Part shown: positions 12,191 through 26,430 of the stretch, piece after piece | Position numbering within the stretch: position 1 is the stretch's first letter | Layout of the letters: every line of letters begins with the position of its first letter | DNA from: Octopus vulgaris | Lineage: Eukaryota | Length of the DNA: 64,000 bases | Direction of reading: 5' to 3' | Assembly: GCA_951406725.2 (NCBI GenBank) | Contig: OX597827.1 | Span: forward strand, 84,134,001-84,198,000 | The notes under the pieces: generated by a model | What the model was told of the DNA's origin: nothing | The model's input: only the letters and a program-made list of their open reading frames with translations | Databases searched by the model: none | Translations under genes and position numbers: made by a program

Positions 12191-12724
12191 GAACCCTTAA
12201 GATTAGCTATTCTTGTTGCAGGAATTTCGCCTCTTACATTAGCCAGCATAATAGGAATCTGATTGATATTAAGCATGGTGCCGATCCCCTTAAGAAATGC
12301 AATTGTAAAGATGAATCCTCCTGTGGATTTCCTAATCATTTATTAAAGTACATCATATGTTTACATACATATGCTAAGTAACTTTAGTAGAGTAACAATT
12401 CCACTAGCATCTATCTTGCAGAAATTGACCAATAGAATGTTTTAAGCTAAGTATTTGTTGCATTCAGTCTCAGCAGTGTGGGAGGTCTTGCAAGATTTAA
12501 AGGCATACTCTCTCTCTCTCTGACTATTTTATACTGAAAGGACATGAGATATGCAGGTAAAACTGTGATGGTGATCATGAGACAAAGTTTATAAACATGA
12601 CAGAAGGAGCATGACACTTATGGCCTTGCATCTTAAGTGGAGAGTAAATGACATTCATGATGAGAAAAAGGCAGGTTACAATATCAGGGGTGATAATAAT
12701 GATAATATTATAGCTATTTCTTAC

Positions 12725-12823
12725 CTTCTGTGAAATATTTTCTCCATTGACAGTTATCCGGCCACAATTGACTACTAGGCAGTGCAACCGAAGAATAAAG
12801 TTGCCATTAGAAACATCATCAAA
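12725..12823 (-). CDS. Exon 6; malectin-like domain
   Basis: cttcttcag|TTT...AAG|gtaag, 99 nt, phase 0-0. Encodes FDDVSNGNFILRLHCLVVNCGRITVNGENISQK (compare malectin G.Y.V.LHFAE...F.V.VNG). Confidence 0.8.
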
Positions 12824-13799
12824 CTGAAGAAGAAGATTAAAGCCACAACATCAACATTAATAATATTTGAGTGTCAAAATATAAGAGAATAGTTTACATC
12901 ACACTTCATTTTTTATTTAAAATACAATCACAATCATAAAGTATGCCATATATGCATGTATATGTATACTAAGAGAGTAAGACACAAAGAAGATTATAAA
13001 AAGGAGAAAATGCACAATTCCTTTGGTATTGTAATTAATCAAATTATTACCTATCAGTTTCATTTCTAAAAAAGGATAAGCATCTTACTGTGCATATGTA
13101 ATGACTTGACTGCTAGCCTTCTATTAAAGTGTGCCACACATTCATCACAATGATTATCATATTTTAGAAGTGAAACTTGTAGGCAATAAAGTCTGACTTC
13201 AAAACCCTGAACCTGATGGAGAAGATGACAAACGCCTGTGATCTCTGGTGATATCAGATTCTCTAAAAGAGCTGCCTTCACCAGTGAAGCTGAGTTCTGG
13301 AAGTATTATTTATTACATTTTTTCACCTGTGTTACTGTGACCCATTTTCTTCTCCCTCCCACTGGCTCTTGCAGACTACTAACCTACTCTCTTGTCCTCC
13401 TGCAGACAACTGTATCATCTTTACTTCTCCTACTGCTCACCCTTCTCTCTCTCTCTCTCCTGACTCATGGATCTTTGCTCATCTACCCGTCAACCCTATC
13501 TATTCTGGCAGTCTGCCTCCCCATCCCCTCATTCTCCTTTCTGTGCAATCATACAAACAGATTTTTCAACTCACCTCATGCCTTGTGGAGCAGTCTAGAA
13601 ATTTCATTGTCATTATCTATTTCTTGCAGCTTAAAACAGTTCATTTTCTCTTTCTCTCTCCTTCCCCTAATAGATATGAGTAACAATGCAGATCCTTTAC
13701 AAAAACTTGTACTGCCTCCTCCCACTTCTCATATTTCAATTTCCTTGTCCACTATCATGAAACTGACTCTCCACCTCCAGGCTTTGTAGTCCTGTAAAC

Positions 13800-14005
13800 T
13801 GCATGGCAACCTCAAAATAGTACAGGTGGCACATAAAAGGCACCCAGTCTATGTTGTAAAGTGGTTGGCCTTAGTAAGGGCATTCAGCCATAGAAACCAT
13901 GCCCAAACAAAAAACACTGGTACATAATGTAGTCCTTGGACACATTAGATCCTATCAAACTGTCCAACTTGTGCCAACATGGAACTTGGACATTAGATTA
14001 TGATG
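13800..14005 (+). mobile_element. Degraded RTE 3' UTR copy
   Basis: GGTGGCACATAAAAGGCACC...GTGGTTGGC..AAGGGCATTCAGC...GGACATTAGATTATGATG. Confidence 0.7.
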
Positions 14006-14771
14006 ACAAAAGGAATTATGCAGTTACTTTTCCTGTATCTAAAAAGTGATATGGAATATTTTTAACTGCTTGTTATAGAGTTTGACATCTAGATAACAAT
14101 TATTTTCACGATAAAAAAAAACAACATTATATACTCAACATTATACACATAGATGTGCATGTTTGTATTTAATTAAGGTTATTTTAAAGCATGTTAAAGA
14201 ATAACAACAGGACATTTATTGACTGTGTATTCAATACTGAGAGTAAAGCTAAATTTACATCAAAATTTGAGTATTTGGAATTAAAAATTATGCCATATGG
14301 CTAATTCAACTGCCTAGTGAAACTTTAAGGCCCCTAAACTTTGTACAATACTTTGTTCTAACCTGCCATCTTAACTGTATTTACTTTTGCAGTTATTTGA
14401 GAGATTTATCCCTGACTTTCTGTCCAACTTTTAAGGCCTTCTTCTTTGTTTGACCTATCTCCTTGAATTCCCTTAATAATTGACAGCCCTCTCCTCATAA
14501 AATCAATCACTCAATTACATTTCCTTAATTTCAGACACAGGAACAATGAATGAGATCAATGAACTGATTGCTTAAATTTGGGCTATGTGTACTATATATG
14601 CATGTTAATGCCACAGAAAAGCACCATTTACACTTGTGAAGCAGTTGGCATTAGGAAGGACAGCCTGATGTTGGTTGTATGGCAAAGCAGACATTGTAGG
14701 TCTGCATTGCTCTGTTGAAAAGTATCGAGTAATCCTTTAGTTTACTGTCAAATTGTTTCTATATATATACA

Positions 14772-14964
14772 CAGGGTGGGCCAAAAGTAATGAAAAGGTA
14801 TGAAATTTTGATTACTTTCCTTGTGATTTAGACATGAAAAATCACAGGTAAATCACAGGTAAATTGCATATATTGTAAATGATGCTAAGCTATTGGAAAT
14901 TTAAAACAAAAAATTAAGAATTTATTAAATATTGAAACATCTTTGTGACTTTTAGACCATACTG
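14772..14964. mobile_element. Short Tc1/mariner-like MITE
   Basis: Imperfect TIRs CAGGGTGGGCCAAAAGT ... ACTTTTAGACCATACTG. Confidence 0.5.
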
Positions 14965-15013
14965 CATAAACTGATATATATGCACACACACATATATATA
15001 TCAAACTTATAGA

Positions 15014-15051
<38 letters not shown>

Positions 15052-15059
15052 ATGCATAA

Positions 15060-15562
15060 GCATTGGGTACAAGAGGCATCTCAAATAAGAGAGATGTTTG
15101 CGCTGGTATGGTCATGTGATGCCTATGGATGAGGACAGCTGCATAAAAGAAGTGCTGATTTCTAACTGTGGAGGGAACTTGTGGAAGAGGTAGGCCCAGG
15201 AAGACATGGAACGAGGTGGTGAAGCATGATTTTTGAACATGGGGTCTCACAGAAGTGATGAGAAGCGATCATGACCTTTGGCAATTTTCTATGCTAGAGA
15301 AGACTTGTCAAGTCAAGTGAAATTGTAGTTGTGGCCAGAGCCAGTGACATATAACTGTATCCATGCTGGTGACACATAAAAGCACCCATGCCAGTAACAC
15401 AGAGGCACCCACTACACTCTCAAATTGGTCATCCAGCTGTAGAAACCAAGCCAAAATAAGACTGGAGCCTGGTGCAGCTCTCTGGTTTACCAGTTCAGTC
15501 AAGCAGTCTAACCCATGCTAGCATGGAAAGCAGACATTAAATTATGATGATAATGATGATGA
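15060..15562 (+). mobile_element. RTE 3' fragment (RT C-terminus, 3' UTR and GAT tail)
   Basis: TGCGCTGGTATGGTCATGTG and GGAAGAGGTAGGCCCAGGAAGACATGG are homologous to 1005-1120. Ends in (GAT)n. Confidence 0.85.
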
Positions 15563-15585
15563 TATATATATACACACACACATAC

Positions 15586-15728
15586 TGTATATATGACATC
15601 TTGTTCATCAGCAGCCTCAACATCAGGGCTTCGCGATGTAAGGTACAGAAAGTTATCTTCAGTTCCTGTGATTTGTTGTGTAACTGAAACATTTGTTTTG
15701 ATACCTCCAAGACATTTCCATCGGCTTC
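15586..15728 (-). CDS. Exon 5; malectin-like domain
   Basis: ttttcag|GA...ACA|gtatgt, phase 1-0. Encodes SRWKCLGGIKTNVSVTQQITGTEDNFLYLTSRSPDVEAADEQDVIYT (compare malectin I.GT.D..LYQT.R). Confidence 0.85.
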
Positions 15729-16159
15729 CTGAAAATATCAAAGACATCAAAACATTTTTATTTATGATATTGAGCATTATTTGACAAGAATAAGAACAAC
15801 CATAATGTAAAGTAGAAAAAAGGAACTCTGAGTACCATTGGAATGTTCCAATAAATAAGTAATTTTGTATGCACCAAGTCATATACACTCTCACAAGCAG
15901 ACATAGATTTTAGGCAAAAAAAAGAAAAAAAAAAGAAAGAAAGAAACATTATACAGCTTGCAAGTAATAAACATATTATAAATGATTTAGACACTGCAAT
16001 AGATAGCTTATGTAATCTCCTGAAAGTAACAGAAACTCAACAGTACAATTGGTAAATATCAGGGGAGTATTCCCATTTAAATGTCTTCACAGCTAATTCA
16101 CTTTTCAATGCAATAAACACTCAGCCGTTATTAGCTTTCATGCATATATGTTTCATTAT

Positions 16160-19150
16160 CAACATTTAATCTCTGTTTTCCATGATGGCATGGGCTGGAG
16201 AGTTCGACAGGATCCAATGAGCCACAAGATATTGTTGCATGCCAGTGTCAGCTTTGGCATGGTTTTTATGGCTAGATGCCTTTCCTAATGCCAGCCACTT
16301 GTATACTGGCTGCTTTTTTGGGGACACCAGCATTAGTGAGGTCACCAAGTAACTTAGAAGATGAGTAGAAGGGGAAAAAAAATCCATTTGACTGAATGGA
16401 GGATGTATTTGAGAGAGGGGGAGGGAATAGCTTTATGCTAAATATGATAGAAAGACAAGCACTGGTCTCTTGATACAAAAGAGGTACATGTCTACCCTGT
16501 ATTATATAAGATTAAATAGCAATGGCTGGAAAGGAGATAGAAATTGTGGTGATGAGTTGGTAGAGCATCTCAAGATGCAAGAAGGTGCGGATAAGAGAGA
16601 ATAGAATAGATCAGTGGGAGGATGAGTGGGTAATTTCATGAGAGCATGAGAGGAGGGTAACATACTTAGAAGTGAATGTAGTGAGTGATGAACAAAGATG
16701 GAGATACGATTGATAAGAAATGTCAGTATGGAGGGGGGTAAGGTGAAGTGAGAGAGATAGAAGTGGTTCAGGAAGTGATAGATGAGAAAGTTGGGGAATG
16801 ATGTGCAAGGTGATGTATAGTGACATAGATGTACAGATGAGAGGCAGTTAAGGATGGCAATGGGGATGGGGGCATTGCTGGCAGACATGAGTGGTGCTAA
16901 AGACAAGGTATGTTAAGTGTTAGATGTTGCTCAGAGAATAGGGAGAGATAACTAAAGGCATTAAAAGTGGGTTATTGGTGAAAAAGAATCACGTGAAAAG
17001 GGATAAGAATGAGACAGATGTTAATAGGTAGTAATTTCAGGTGTGGAGGGAGATAATTGGTTGCTCAAAAACTGTGGGGTGATGTACCAATTCTGATCTC
17101 AAGTGATTACAGCTGCTGAGTAATGCTATACTTACAAGAGTGATGCAGACAATGTCAACTGGACAATGCATGACAGAGAAGACAGAGTAGAGTCTAGCAT
17201 GTCTAGATATTTTCTTTGTGATAGACGGGTCTTCTTCAGTACATGAAATCACCAAGCATTTTGGTTCTTTTTCACCTCCTCCTTGAGACTCAGAATCTTG
17301 AAATCAATCTTGACTACTTTGTCTTGTATCTTCTTGAGTCTACCTTCCACAAGTTCCATCTGCTTTAAACAACCAGCACTTTCTAATCCTTAAACATCTC
17401 ATGGTCAAGCCACATCTTTATTCTTACATGCTACATCTGATTCCACCTAAATTTTTTCTGAGCACATTTACTCTTTGTCATAAATACACATAACATTACA
17501 CATCTAACAGAGCATACTAGCTTCATTTCACTCTAATCAATGCACGTCCTGCCACATCTCACTCCCATTTGGCATGTATGTTTGTACATGAGCATCATAC
17601 AATCAAATTTTTTCTCTGGGAGAGATTTTTTTGTTGCCAACAGAGGTAATAACTCTCCCAACTTACTCCATCCTATTCTTAACCTTGCAACTCTACTTTC
17701 AGAACATCCTCATCCACTGCTAAATAAGTCAACCATCTACAACCACTGGGGAGTCTCCTGGACATTCAAGAAAATCTATTTCTCTGTTAGTCTCCCTTTT
17801 ATTCCACTACACCTATTGTTTGTCTTTTACTTGCACTGGATAAACTGTATGGAGTTTCTGCTGACATATCTAGCGGTTCTATTTACCTGTTTGGAATAGA
17901 GTACTTTTTGTTTTCCTCTTTACTAGAACTTTAGTCTTTGTAAGGTAATTTCAAAACTCTTTGATCCTAGGTTTCGCTTCCATGTCTGGAATTCCATTTC
18001 TTGTTCTACTACAGATGCTACTATGCGTATGAGGTCATCAACATCTAGTAGCATCTGACTTCGAATTCGTCTGCTATGACCTAGAGGGCTCTGATGAATA
18101 GGAAGGGACTAAGAACCAAGCTCTTATAAACTGCTTGTACTCTAAAATTCTCACTATTTATAACTAATTCTTATTGACAATACTACAGTAAATAGCTCTC
18201 ACAAGCTATTCATCTACCCAGGATTCCTCAGAGACCACAAATCACAGAGGGAGGGACTCTGTTTAAAACTTTCTCCGGATCACCAATAACCAAGTACAGT
18301 GGTTTACTTTTAGCTAAGTACTTTTGCATTTCTCTGACTACAAAATTGGTATCAGTAGTACTTCTCTCTAGCACAAAACCATGCTGTATCTCATATAGTT
18401 TGATTTTGTTCCTAATTTTTTGAGCTATAACTAATTCAGTATCTTCCATGTCCTTGTCCCATAATTTGATTCCTCTGTAATTACTTCTATCTAATGCATC
18501 TCCTTTAATCTTGTAACAGCTAATTGTACCAGTCATTGGGTGTGGTACCTTCCTGTACACTTGATAAACTATTCAAGTGACTAGGTTATATTCTACTTCA
18601 CCAGATACTTTAAGCATCTCAGCAGTGATTCTTGATTGACCACAGGTTTCCCTGCCCTCATATTTGTAATTACATTATCATACTGCTATCAACTAGGATA
18701 GCTGGCCCCATGTTGGAAAATTCTTTTTTCTCTTGTGATTTTTTCTGATGAATAGCTTTCCACCATTGCACTTCCATGCTTCTTTCTTATCAGCATTACT
18801 AAGTGCAAGTACACCATTAACCACCTATGCACACCGCTTTTCCACAAAATCTTAATTTTCTCTGATCCACTGTCTTGCAATCCAGAACATTTCATGTCTC
18901 TGATCCTCGTGTTGTAGAATATTTTTTGCTTCACCATTGCTATGTAAACGTTTTCCCTAGCTTCTCTTCTGACTGCCTGATATAATTTTCAGTCTTTCCA
19001 AGACAGTCTTTTTGCTTTTATATCTCTGTCTATTTCACTGATGACCCTTTGTTCTGGCCACATGATTCCTTTTTTGGCAAGTACTTTGCACCAGCCACAG
19101 ATTTAGTCTATAGTTTGTCCTGTAGAAACTCCCAGTTGTCCTCTATGCTA
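16160..19150 (-). mobile_element. Old, fragmented RTE LINE with intervening insertions
   Basis: 3' UTR at 16160-16350, RT C-terminal remnants near 17280-17700, and the ORF 18228-18560 remnant KGDALDRSNYRGIKL...QHGF...STTD. Confidence 0.7.
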
Positions 19151-19354
19151 TATATCCCTAACACCACCTTAAATGCTTAAACAACAGTTAGAAATAATAG
19201 CTCACTGTCCTTCAAACTATATTATACTGTTCAAATAAAGAAAGTATACTTTAGATAATGTGACCCAAGATATATCTGACTATAAGTGAGAATGGTCATA
19301 GATCTTAGTTTTGTTGAAGGAGAGGTAATTTGAGACTAAACAACATTGACTTAC

Positions 19355-19516
19355 CGAATATATAGGAATAAGAGTAGTTGGCAAACTGAGAGTGTTCGCT
19401 TACATAAACAATATTGTCAACCAGTGATTGGTAAGAAGGTCCTCCACAGTTAATGGCAACAACCACTCCAACTGGTTGTTTGATCAACTGACATGGTGAT
19501 CCCTGAAGTTCAATTT
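19355..19516 (-). CDS. Exon 4; start of the malectin-like domain
   Basis: ctctgtag|AA...TTC G|gtaagt, phase 1-1. Encodes IELQGSPCQLIKQPVGVVVAINCGGPSYQSLVDNIVYVSE; AINCGG is the malectin N-terminal signature. Confidence 0.88.
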
Positions 19517-20199
19517 CTACAGAGAAAAGAAATAAATTTTCCAGTAAACATTCCTCAGTATAATTTCAATAATGTCATTCTGTGTGTATTTTTAATAATG
19601 TCTATCTTGCTAAAACTTTCTATGTCCCCTCCAGTAAATATCCAATAATGTTGCATTATATACCAAGGGAATTCATTAATTATCCACTCTAAACTTTTAT
19701 AAATCAAAACTAGTGATGATTTTTTTCTAAGAGGGTGTCACCTTTGTAACCAAAGTGATTTAAATGTCGCCGACATTTCAAAACAACTTTATTTGTACAA
19801 ATCCGTGATTTAATTTGGATCCCATTTTTTCCAACCTTAACTGAAGATAAATCGTTTTTGGATTTGGTTTGCAAGATTCTTTATATGAGTTCGTGTGTTG
19901 AAGCATATTATGTTGTGTCTGGGGAGAGTCATTCTCTTTTAGTACCTTATTATTCAACACACTCACCAGTAAAATTTCCACTTATTTCGTCTTTTTATTT
20001 TCCTAAAATTTTCGTTGCGTCTTGCAACCTTTTCAATAGTTTTGACTCTGTCCGTTATTTACACTGCGTTCCTTTTTGTTTGTTTGTGCCCATGTGTGTG
20101 GGTCAGTGTGTGTGTGCCTATACATGTATACATGTACGTATGTATGTGTGTGTGTGTGTGTGTTTGCATGTGTATGTATGTATATATGTGTATGCATGC

Positions 20200-20230
<31 letters not shown>

Positions 20231-20763
20231 TGTGTGTGCAACTGTATGTACGTATCCTGCATATTTATGTGCTTGCCTGTCCGTGTTTGTGTATTTTCTG
20301 TGTATGTGTTTGTATATGTATGCACCTCTGTCTCCTTGTGTGTGCATATCTGTGTGTGTGTATGTTATGCAACTATGTACTATGTTTGTATGTATAGATG
20401 TGCATCTTTATATGTGTGGATCCGTGTCTCCATATGTGTCTGTTCTTGTAACCAATGTACCTATCCGTCTGTATGTTGATCTGTTTATTTACATATCTAA
20501 ATGCTTACATACAGAAATAAAAAATATAAAAAATAAGAAATAAAACAGTTTACACAGGTAGAGTAGAATAGTTAGTGGATTGTTAGGTAGATAAATTTAT
20601 GTATGTGTGTGTGTGTGTATGCCCCCCCTTTTTTATCATCATAATTTTTTTTCTTATATTTTCTTATATTTTTTATTTTTTATTTCTTATTTTTTATATT
20701 TTTTATTTTTTATTTCTGTATGTGAATTCAAACTGACAGAAAAATAGATATGAATAGGCCAGA

Positions 20764-21060
20764 TTGAAAGACTTCAGACAAAAATCATGCCTCCTCATTG
20801 ATATGACTGTCCCAATCAACATAAATGTATCTGTCAAGATCTACCAAAAACTGAGCAACTATAAAGATCTTGAAATAGAAATTGGCAAAATGTGGAACCT
20901 GAAGACTAAAACAATACTTGTCATATGTGCTCTAGGAATGATAGCAAAAGGGGCTGATTGCTACCTAGCTCAGATACCAGGAAACCCCAAAATGGCAGAA
21001 ATTCAAAAGATAGGGCTCATGGGAACTACCCATATCCTACGTAAAATACTTTCTATGTAA
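20764..21060 (+). mobile_element. Restriction-like endonuclease C-terminus of an R4/Dong-type non-LTR element (fragment)
   Basis: CLLIDMTVP..NV..K...KL..YKDLEIEI.KMW.LKT....I.ALG is the typical RLE tail. Confidence 0.75.
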
Positions 21061-21254
21061 TCTCAAGTTTTAAAACAAACTTATATTTTTCTTATGGTTT
21101 CTTAAACATTCTCTAGAACAACACTATGTACAAAACCAAATATATGGCACCCTAGGCATTAACACCAACATGAACTTCCAATTTTTTGTCTCTTGAGGTC
21201 TCTGGATGAGACTTGGAGCCAACTTGAACAAATGTAAAGCAAAAGTCAAACATA

Positions 21255-21317
21255 GAATAATAATGATGATGATAATGATAATAATAATGATGATAATAAT
21301 AATAATAATAATAATAA

Positions 21318-21348
<31 letters not shown>

Positions 21349-21365
21349 AAAAACAACAACAACAT
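21255..21365 (+). repeat. Compound (AAT/GAT)(AAG)(AAC) microsatellite
   Basis: Directly visible. It accounts for the spurious poly-F/L tail of ORF 21246..22490. Confidence 0.9.
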
Positions 21366-21379
21366 TTGAAGAAACTTAC

Positions 21380-22444
21380 TTTGTGTTTGGTCAGTGATGA
21401 GATTAGCAAAAACTTGCACAAGATTCAGACCAAGCAGGATTTCATTTTCTGCCCACTGTCTGTTAAAGATCCAATTTGAGCCAGTTGCTACCAACTCTTC
21501 TGTTTGTATCTGTGCTACAATCAAACTATTCACTGAAATATATATGTCACATCTTCTGTTCAGAATGCCGTTGATTCTATCTTCTCCAATCTCCACACAT
21601 CCCATAAACAAACCCTCATCACTACCACCAGTAACAACACAAATATCTTTTGATTGGAGTTCAGTCAAATTTGATGTCTCTTCTTCGATATTTGTTATCA
21701 GAGCAAATCTGGCTGGACCTGGTGGACCACACACCTGAAGAAATTTAGTGACTTTATCCACTTCAAATTTCCATTCACTGCGATGAATGCAACCCTCTCC
21801 AAAACTCTCAGACAAAAGTAACACCTGAGTGGTTCCTTTGGACAATGTTATTAAATATGCAGATGCTGAAGTTGCATCTTGCTGGCCACAAGAATGAGAA
21901 CAGAGTGCAATTAAGGATGCATGAGGGAGACAGTATGAAAATTCAATCAGTTTGGAATGCAAAGAGCCATCATGGTTTGATACAAAAATGGTTTTTGCTT
22001 TCTTCTTATTGTTGTTAAGATTTTCTCGGTTATGATATAAACTATAAACAGAGTGTGCACAGCCTTTCACCAACAATTGACCACTTGAATTAACAGAAAA
22101 CTCCCACTGATCTTCACCTTTAATAAATGACTTCTGAAATGTATTTCCTTTGTGCCCACTGCGGATGAGGTAACATGCACTGACAACTGTGTTTTCCTGA
22201 AGGGCACTGCAGATAATGAGGCTGCAGCCACTTCCATGAATCTTATCATAACAACCATTTACATTGAGTGGGCAATTAGTATATTCCTCACAATCATCAC
22301 TTCCTTTAAACACCAAGCCATGTCCACAATGTCCGTTGACCTTCCAGTTTGACATTAGCATCACATGATTTGAGCCAGAAAAGCAGTCAACAATGAGTTC
22401 TCCATTCTCATTAGTTATAAAACTACTAGCTGGGATTAAATGAC
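21380..22444 (-). CDS. Exon 3 (1065 nt); tandem beta-rich repeats
   Basis: aatacag|GT...CAA A|gtaagt, phase 1-1, open for about 355 codons. Internal repeats SL...S......SA.YLI.SG..GN...W.F.V...G.L.V. Confidence 0.92.
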
Positions 22445-23239
22445 CTGTATTAGAGGTAAAAAAAAAAGTATATGATACAATAATTGGCAATAATGATTAA
22501 TTAATAGCTGTGATGACAACTACAACAATAACGAAGTAAAACAACATGATGACATCTTGGCCCTCAAGCTCTTTCACCATGTTTCACATCATTTTTTGAA
22601 CCTAGCACATATATACTTCTTTGCATTTCTGAAATTACCTTTATTGTAAACTACTTTCACTCTGATTCAAAAGTAGAGTCAAGTAACCAAAATACTCTAC
22701 ATTGACTACAATTGTGCCAAGTTGTTTATAGGTCACACAAAAGCCCAAATTTATACCCAGTATGCTGAATTGAACAATCACTGAGCTAACATTTTTGTTA
22801 ATAGTTTTAACCCAACACTGTAATTCCCTGCCACCATCAACTCCTTAGACATTTTGACCGTGTCAACTCCATCCATTGCATTCAATCTCACTTTATTATA
22901 AAACAACACATTTCCTTCCTCATAATTTCTTCAGCCTTCTATTGAGCATAATCTTCTACTGAACTCAGACCACTCAATCAACTGCCTACTCATTCTACAA
23001 TTCATCAATTTCTAACCCACAACCCAAACGTCAGCATCTATCTCTCTTACAAAAACTTTGAACCATTATAGTCTTTATGGCAATTAAACTCATTCAGTTC
23101 TTCTACAGATAAATTTGTGCCAAAACTTCACTATATTCCTTTTGTAATTATGTGGTTAATCATATTAAATAATAATATGTTTGTTAATTTATTAATTATT
23201 CAAACAATGTAATGTTAATTGTGATAATTACATAAATAA

Positions 23240-25350
23240 CTAGCTGACATATCCAGTAATTTCCGAAAAAGTGGGGCTTATCCCTTGGTTCAGTTCACTT
23301 AATTGTTTTGCTAATCCAATAACATAAATACAAAGTATGTAGCCCTTAAAATGGTTTTTATGCACTTACAGAGAATATTGAACTGTCTCACATAGGATCT
23401 TATTTTTAGGAATTCCTAATAAGTTATGAATAGGCAAATTGTGAAGTCAGTTATGTAATAACATGAAATTAGTTACCTGATAGTAAGAATTCAAATAAAG
23501 TAATCCCGTAAAGGTCTTTAATGTGTTCCCAGGGTATACAGAACTTAGGGGGAAATACCAATAAAGTATGTATACCAAAATCATGAAGCATGTTATGTAA
23601 TAACAGGCTAATCAGATATGAGATAATAACAATTCAAAGTAAATAACTCTGAAAAGGGCTTTTGTGCATTCCCAGAGAATATAACCCTTAGGGGTGCTAG
23701 TGTTGAAATAGATTTACAACGAATGTAGAAACAGACTGACATTTAGTTTTACAGTAGACATACAAATAAATTTGCATAAAATAATACGTAGATTATCAAT
23801 ACATTTACAACACTTACAAATATTATAGTTAAATAATAAATACTTGATGATTTGGTGAATCTTATTAAGTTTGCAGAGCTTCTTGATAAACAACATATTT
23901 GATCTTTCCTTGTGGGGCATAAATAAACAAATGATTAGGATTGCCGACTCTTGAGCATCTCACATAAAGTTGGCCATGGGGGAAAACTGGTTTGACAAGG
24001 TTCAGACCTACCACATTCAAGGACTGCCCCTGGGCCTTGTTAATGCTCATTGCAATGCTCAGTTTCAATGGGAATTGTACTGGAAAGGCATATCCAAGGG
24101 AATAAGTAGAATTCTAGGAATGAATGCAGGCTCACCGCTTGCTTTACCAGTCAAAGACTGTTGACATCATCTTCTTTATGCCAACAGTCATGTGCCATGG
24201 CAAAACTTTGGTGGATTGAGGTTTCGAAGCAGCATAATTAGTGCCCCAATGTTGAGGTGCAAGTTGTGAGATGGGAGGCCAGGTGGTGTTAGACTATTCA
24301 AAAGTTTAACTAGATAATTCACAGCTTCATCAATGTTGAGTACTGCATCAATGGAATTGTAGATGTGATACTCACCTGGCAACTGTTCCAGAAATTTAAA
24401 GCTCAAATCATCAACTGCCACAGTTTTTGGAGCTAAAATGGCACGGGTTTTCAGTCAGTTATGGTCTGTAAACTGATTCCTCAGGTTAAGAAACACCTTA
24501 TTCATTAGTTCCTTTAAATCAGATACCATGTGTCCAAAAGGCAAGCTTACCCAGCCATCCTTTTCACCAACTGAAGTGCCATTACCAAAGTGCAATAGTT
24601 GCTTTGAAAAGATTCTGTCTGCATCATCACCACTGAGCTGCACTCTCATGTTGGTTGTGAGTCTCATCTTTCGCACACTGCTCCATAGGTAGGGACGACT
24701 TTATGCTGGCATTTACTTCATCAGCTCTTGTCCCCTTTGGAACCACAGGAACGGTTTGCCTAAAGTCTCCGGCAAGCAAGATTGTGGAACCTCCCATGAG
24801 CCTGGTGTTCTGTTTCAGATCCTGAAGGGCCATGTCAAGAGCTTCAAAGGAAACTTTATGTCTCAAGGGAAATTTTGCTGCTTTATCCCAGATGCTGAAC
24901 CTGCAATCACTCAGAACTTTGCCTTTTATAGAACCACAACTGCATCGTCATTCATGGTATATTCGTGAATAAGTCACTAACCAAAGTAAGTGGATCTATT
25001 GTTTAGGAAAATACTATTTACTTGTTAAAGGGTTGTAGTTGATAAATTGCGAAAATAACTGTAGCAGTTCAAATACTAAGAAATAAACATAGCTTGGTTT
25101 CTACCAAATAATATAAGAAAAGGAATGGATTATTTCCCTTGGCTGTTAAAATAAAATACTTTAGTTATATATAAGGATCCTTTCCAGAGGCTGTGGCCAT
25201 CCAATTATAGATTTTTATTAAACTTCAATGAGTTTAGTAACAAACTGGATGTTACTTTAGAATGTTTGTAAAGTTTCACGAAAATTTACTAATGGATGTA
25301 TATGGCAACTTTGACACAAACAGACAACTTGCTTTTATATATGTATAAGA
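23240..25350 (-). mobile_element. Helitron (internally deleted) with Pif1 helicase pseudogene
   Basis: Minus-strand 5' end A|TCTTATACATATATAAAA at 25350 and 3' end CTAG|T at 23240, with an imperfect hairpin. Internal motifs LLAGDFRQ, LTTNMR, MLLRNL, AMSINKAQGQSL and HGQLYV.SRV lie at 23865-24900. Confidence 0.88.
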
Positions 25351-25354
25351 TAAC

Positions 25355-26430
25355 CTTAATTATGTACAGTTCTATATTTAAGAGATGAGGAATTATATAC
25401 ATTCGACAGATATTTGTCCTCATCTTGTTTTTTCAGCTGATATACCCTCCAGCCTTTTTCAGGTGTCTTGGGGAAATTTCAAACCTGGGTTCTCATTCCA
25501 AAGGTAATTTTTGAGGTTATTATTATTATTATTATTATTGTTGTTATTGCTTAACAGATCATTATTTCTTTCTATGAAGAAATGATCAAGCTCAATAATG
25601 ATCTGTTAAGCAACAACTACTCCAAAAGTATATTATCCATTCTAATTATGAAGAAGAGAGAGGATGAGGCCAATAAACTGTCCACAGTCTGTCTACCCTA
25701 TGTGAATGGCCTCTCTGAAAAGATACAAAAGATATGTGGCCCATATGACATCAGGACAGTATTCAAGAGTAATACAGCACTTTGCAAATATCTCCTTCGA
25801 GTAAAACCACCAACAGAAGAGAATATGATTAAGAACTGCATGTACTCCATCCCATGCAGCTGTGGTAGGTTATACAAAGGCGGAACATGCTGCCCCCTCA
25901 AAATAGGGGTAGACGAACATCGCAAAGCTGTGACATGAGGAGATATTGATAAATCGGGTATAGCTGATCATGTATGGGAAAATGGAGACCACCTCCCCCT
26001 TTGGGATGAAGTTAAAATAATAGACAGAGAACACCACTGGAAAATATGAAAGCTAAAAGAAGCAGCACATATGCTAGGACACAACAACCTCCTAAGCAGA
26101 CTGAGTGCAGATATGAGCAGCATATGAGAACCAGTATTAAGGAAGGATTGAAAAATATTACATTTATAAACCCTAAAATTCATTCCATAATTGCCCACAG
26201 CCTATGGCATAGTGGTTAAAAGCATGGGCTACTAACCTCAAGATTTCGAGTTTGATTCCAAGAAGTGACCTGAACAATAATAATAATAGTAATAATAACA
26301 TGAATGAGAATGCAGGTTTGAAATTTCCCAAGACACCTGAAGAAGGCTGGAGGATATATCAGCTGAAACGTGTTAACAACAAACAAGATGAGGACAAATA
26401 TCCATCGAATGTAAGTAATGTACTTAATTA
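25355..26430 (+). mobile_element. Penelope-like element fragment with GIY-YIG endonuclease, flanked by inverted pseudo-LTRs
   Basis: LPYV.GLSEKI...VFK, then YSIPCSCG..Y.G.T....R..EH (GIY-YIG). 25360-25520 is the reverse complement of 26290-26430. Confidence 0.85.

Noticed and set aside
13238-13789. 183-aa ORF
   Set aside because: Pyrimidine-rich low-complexity intronic sequence with no motifs, antisense to the host gene.
19858-20543. Cys/Val/Tyr-rich ORFs
   Set aside because: Translations of (TG)n/(TATG)n repeats.
21246-21379. Hydrophobic poly-F/L tail of ORF 21246..22490 resembling a TM anchor
   Set aside because: It lies past the gtaagt donor at 21379 and is an intronic trinucleotide microsatellite.
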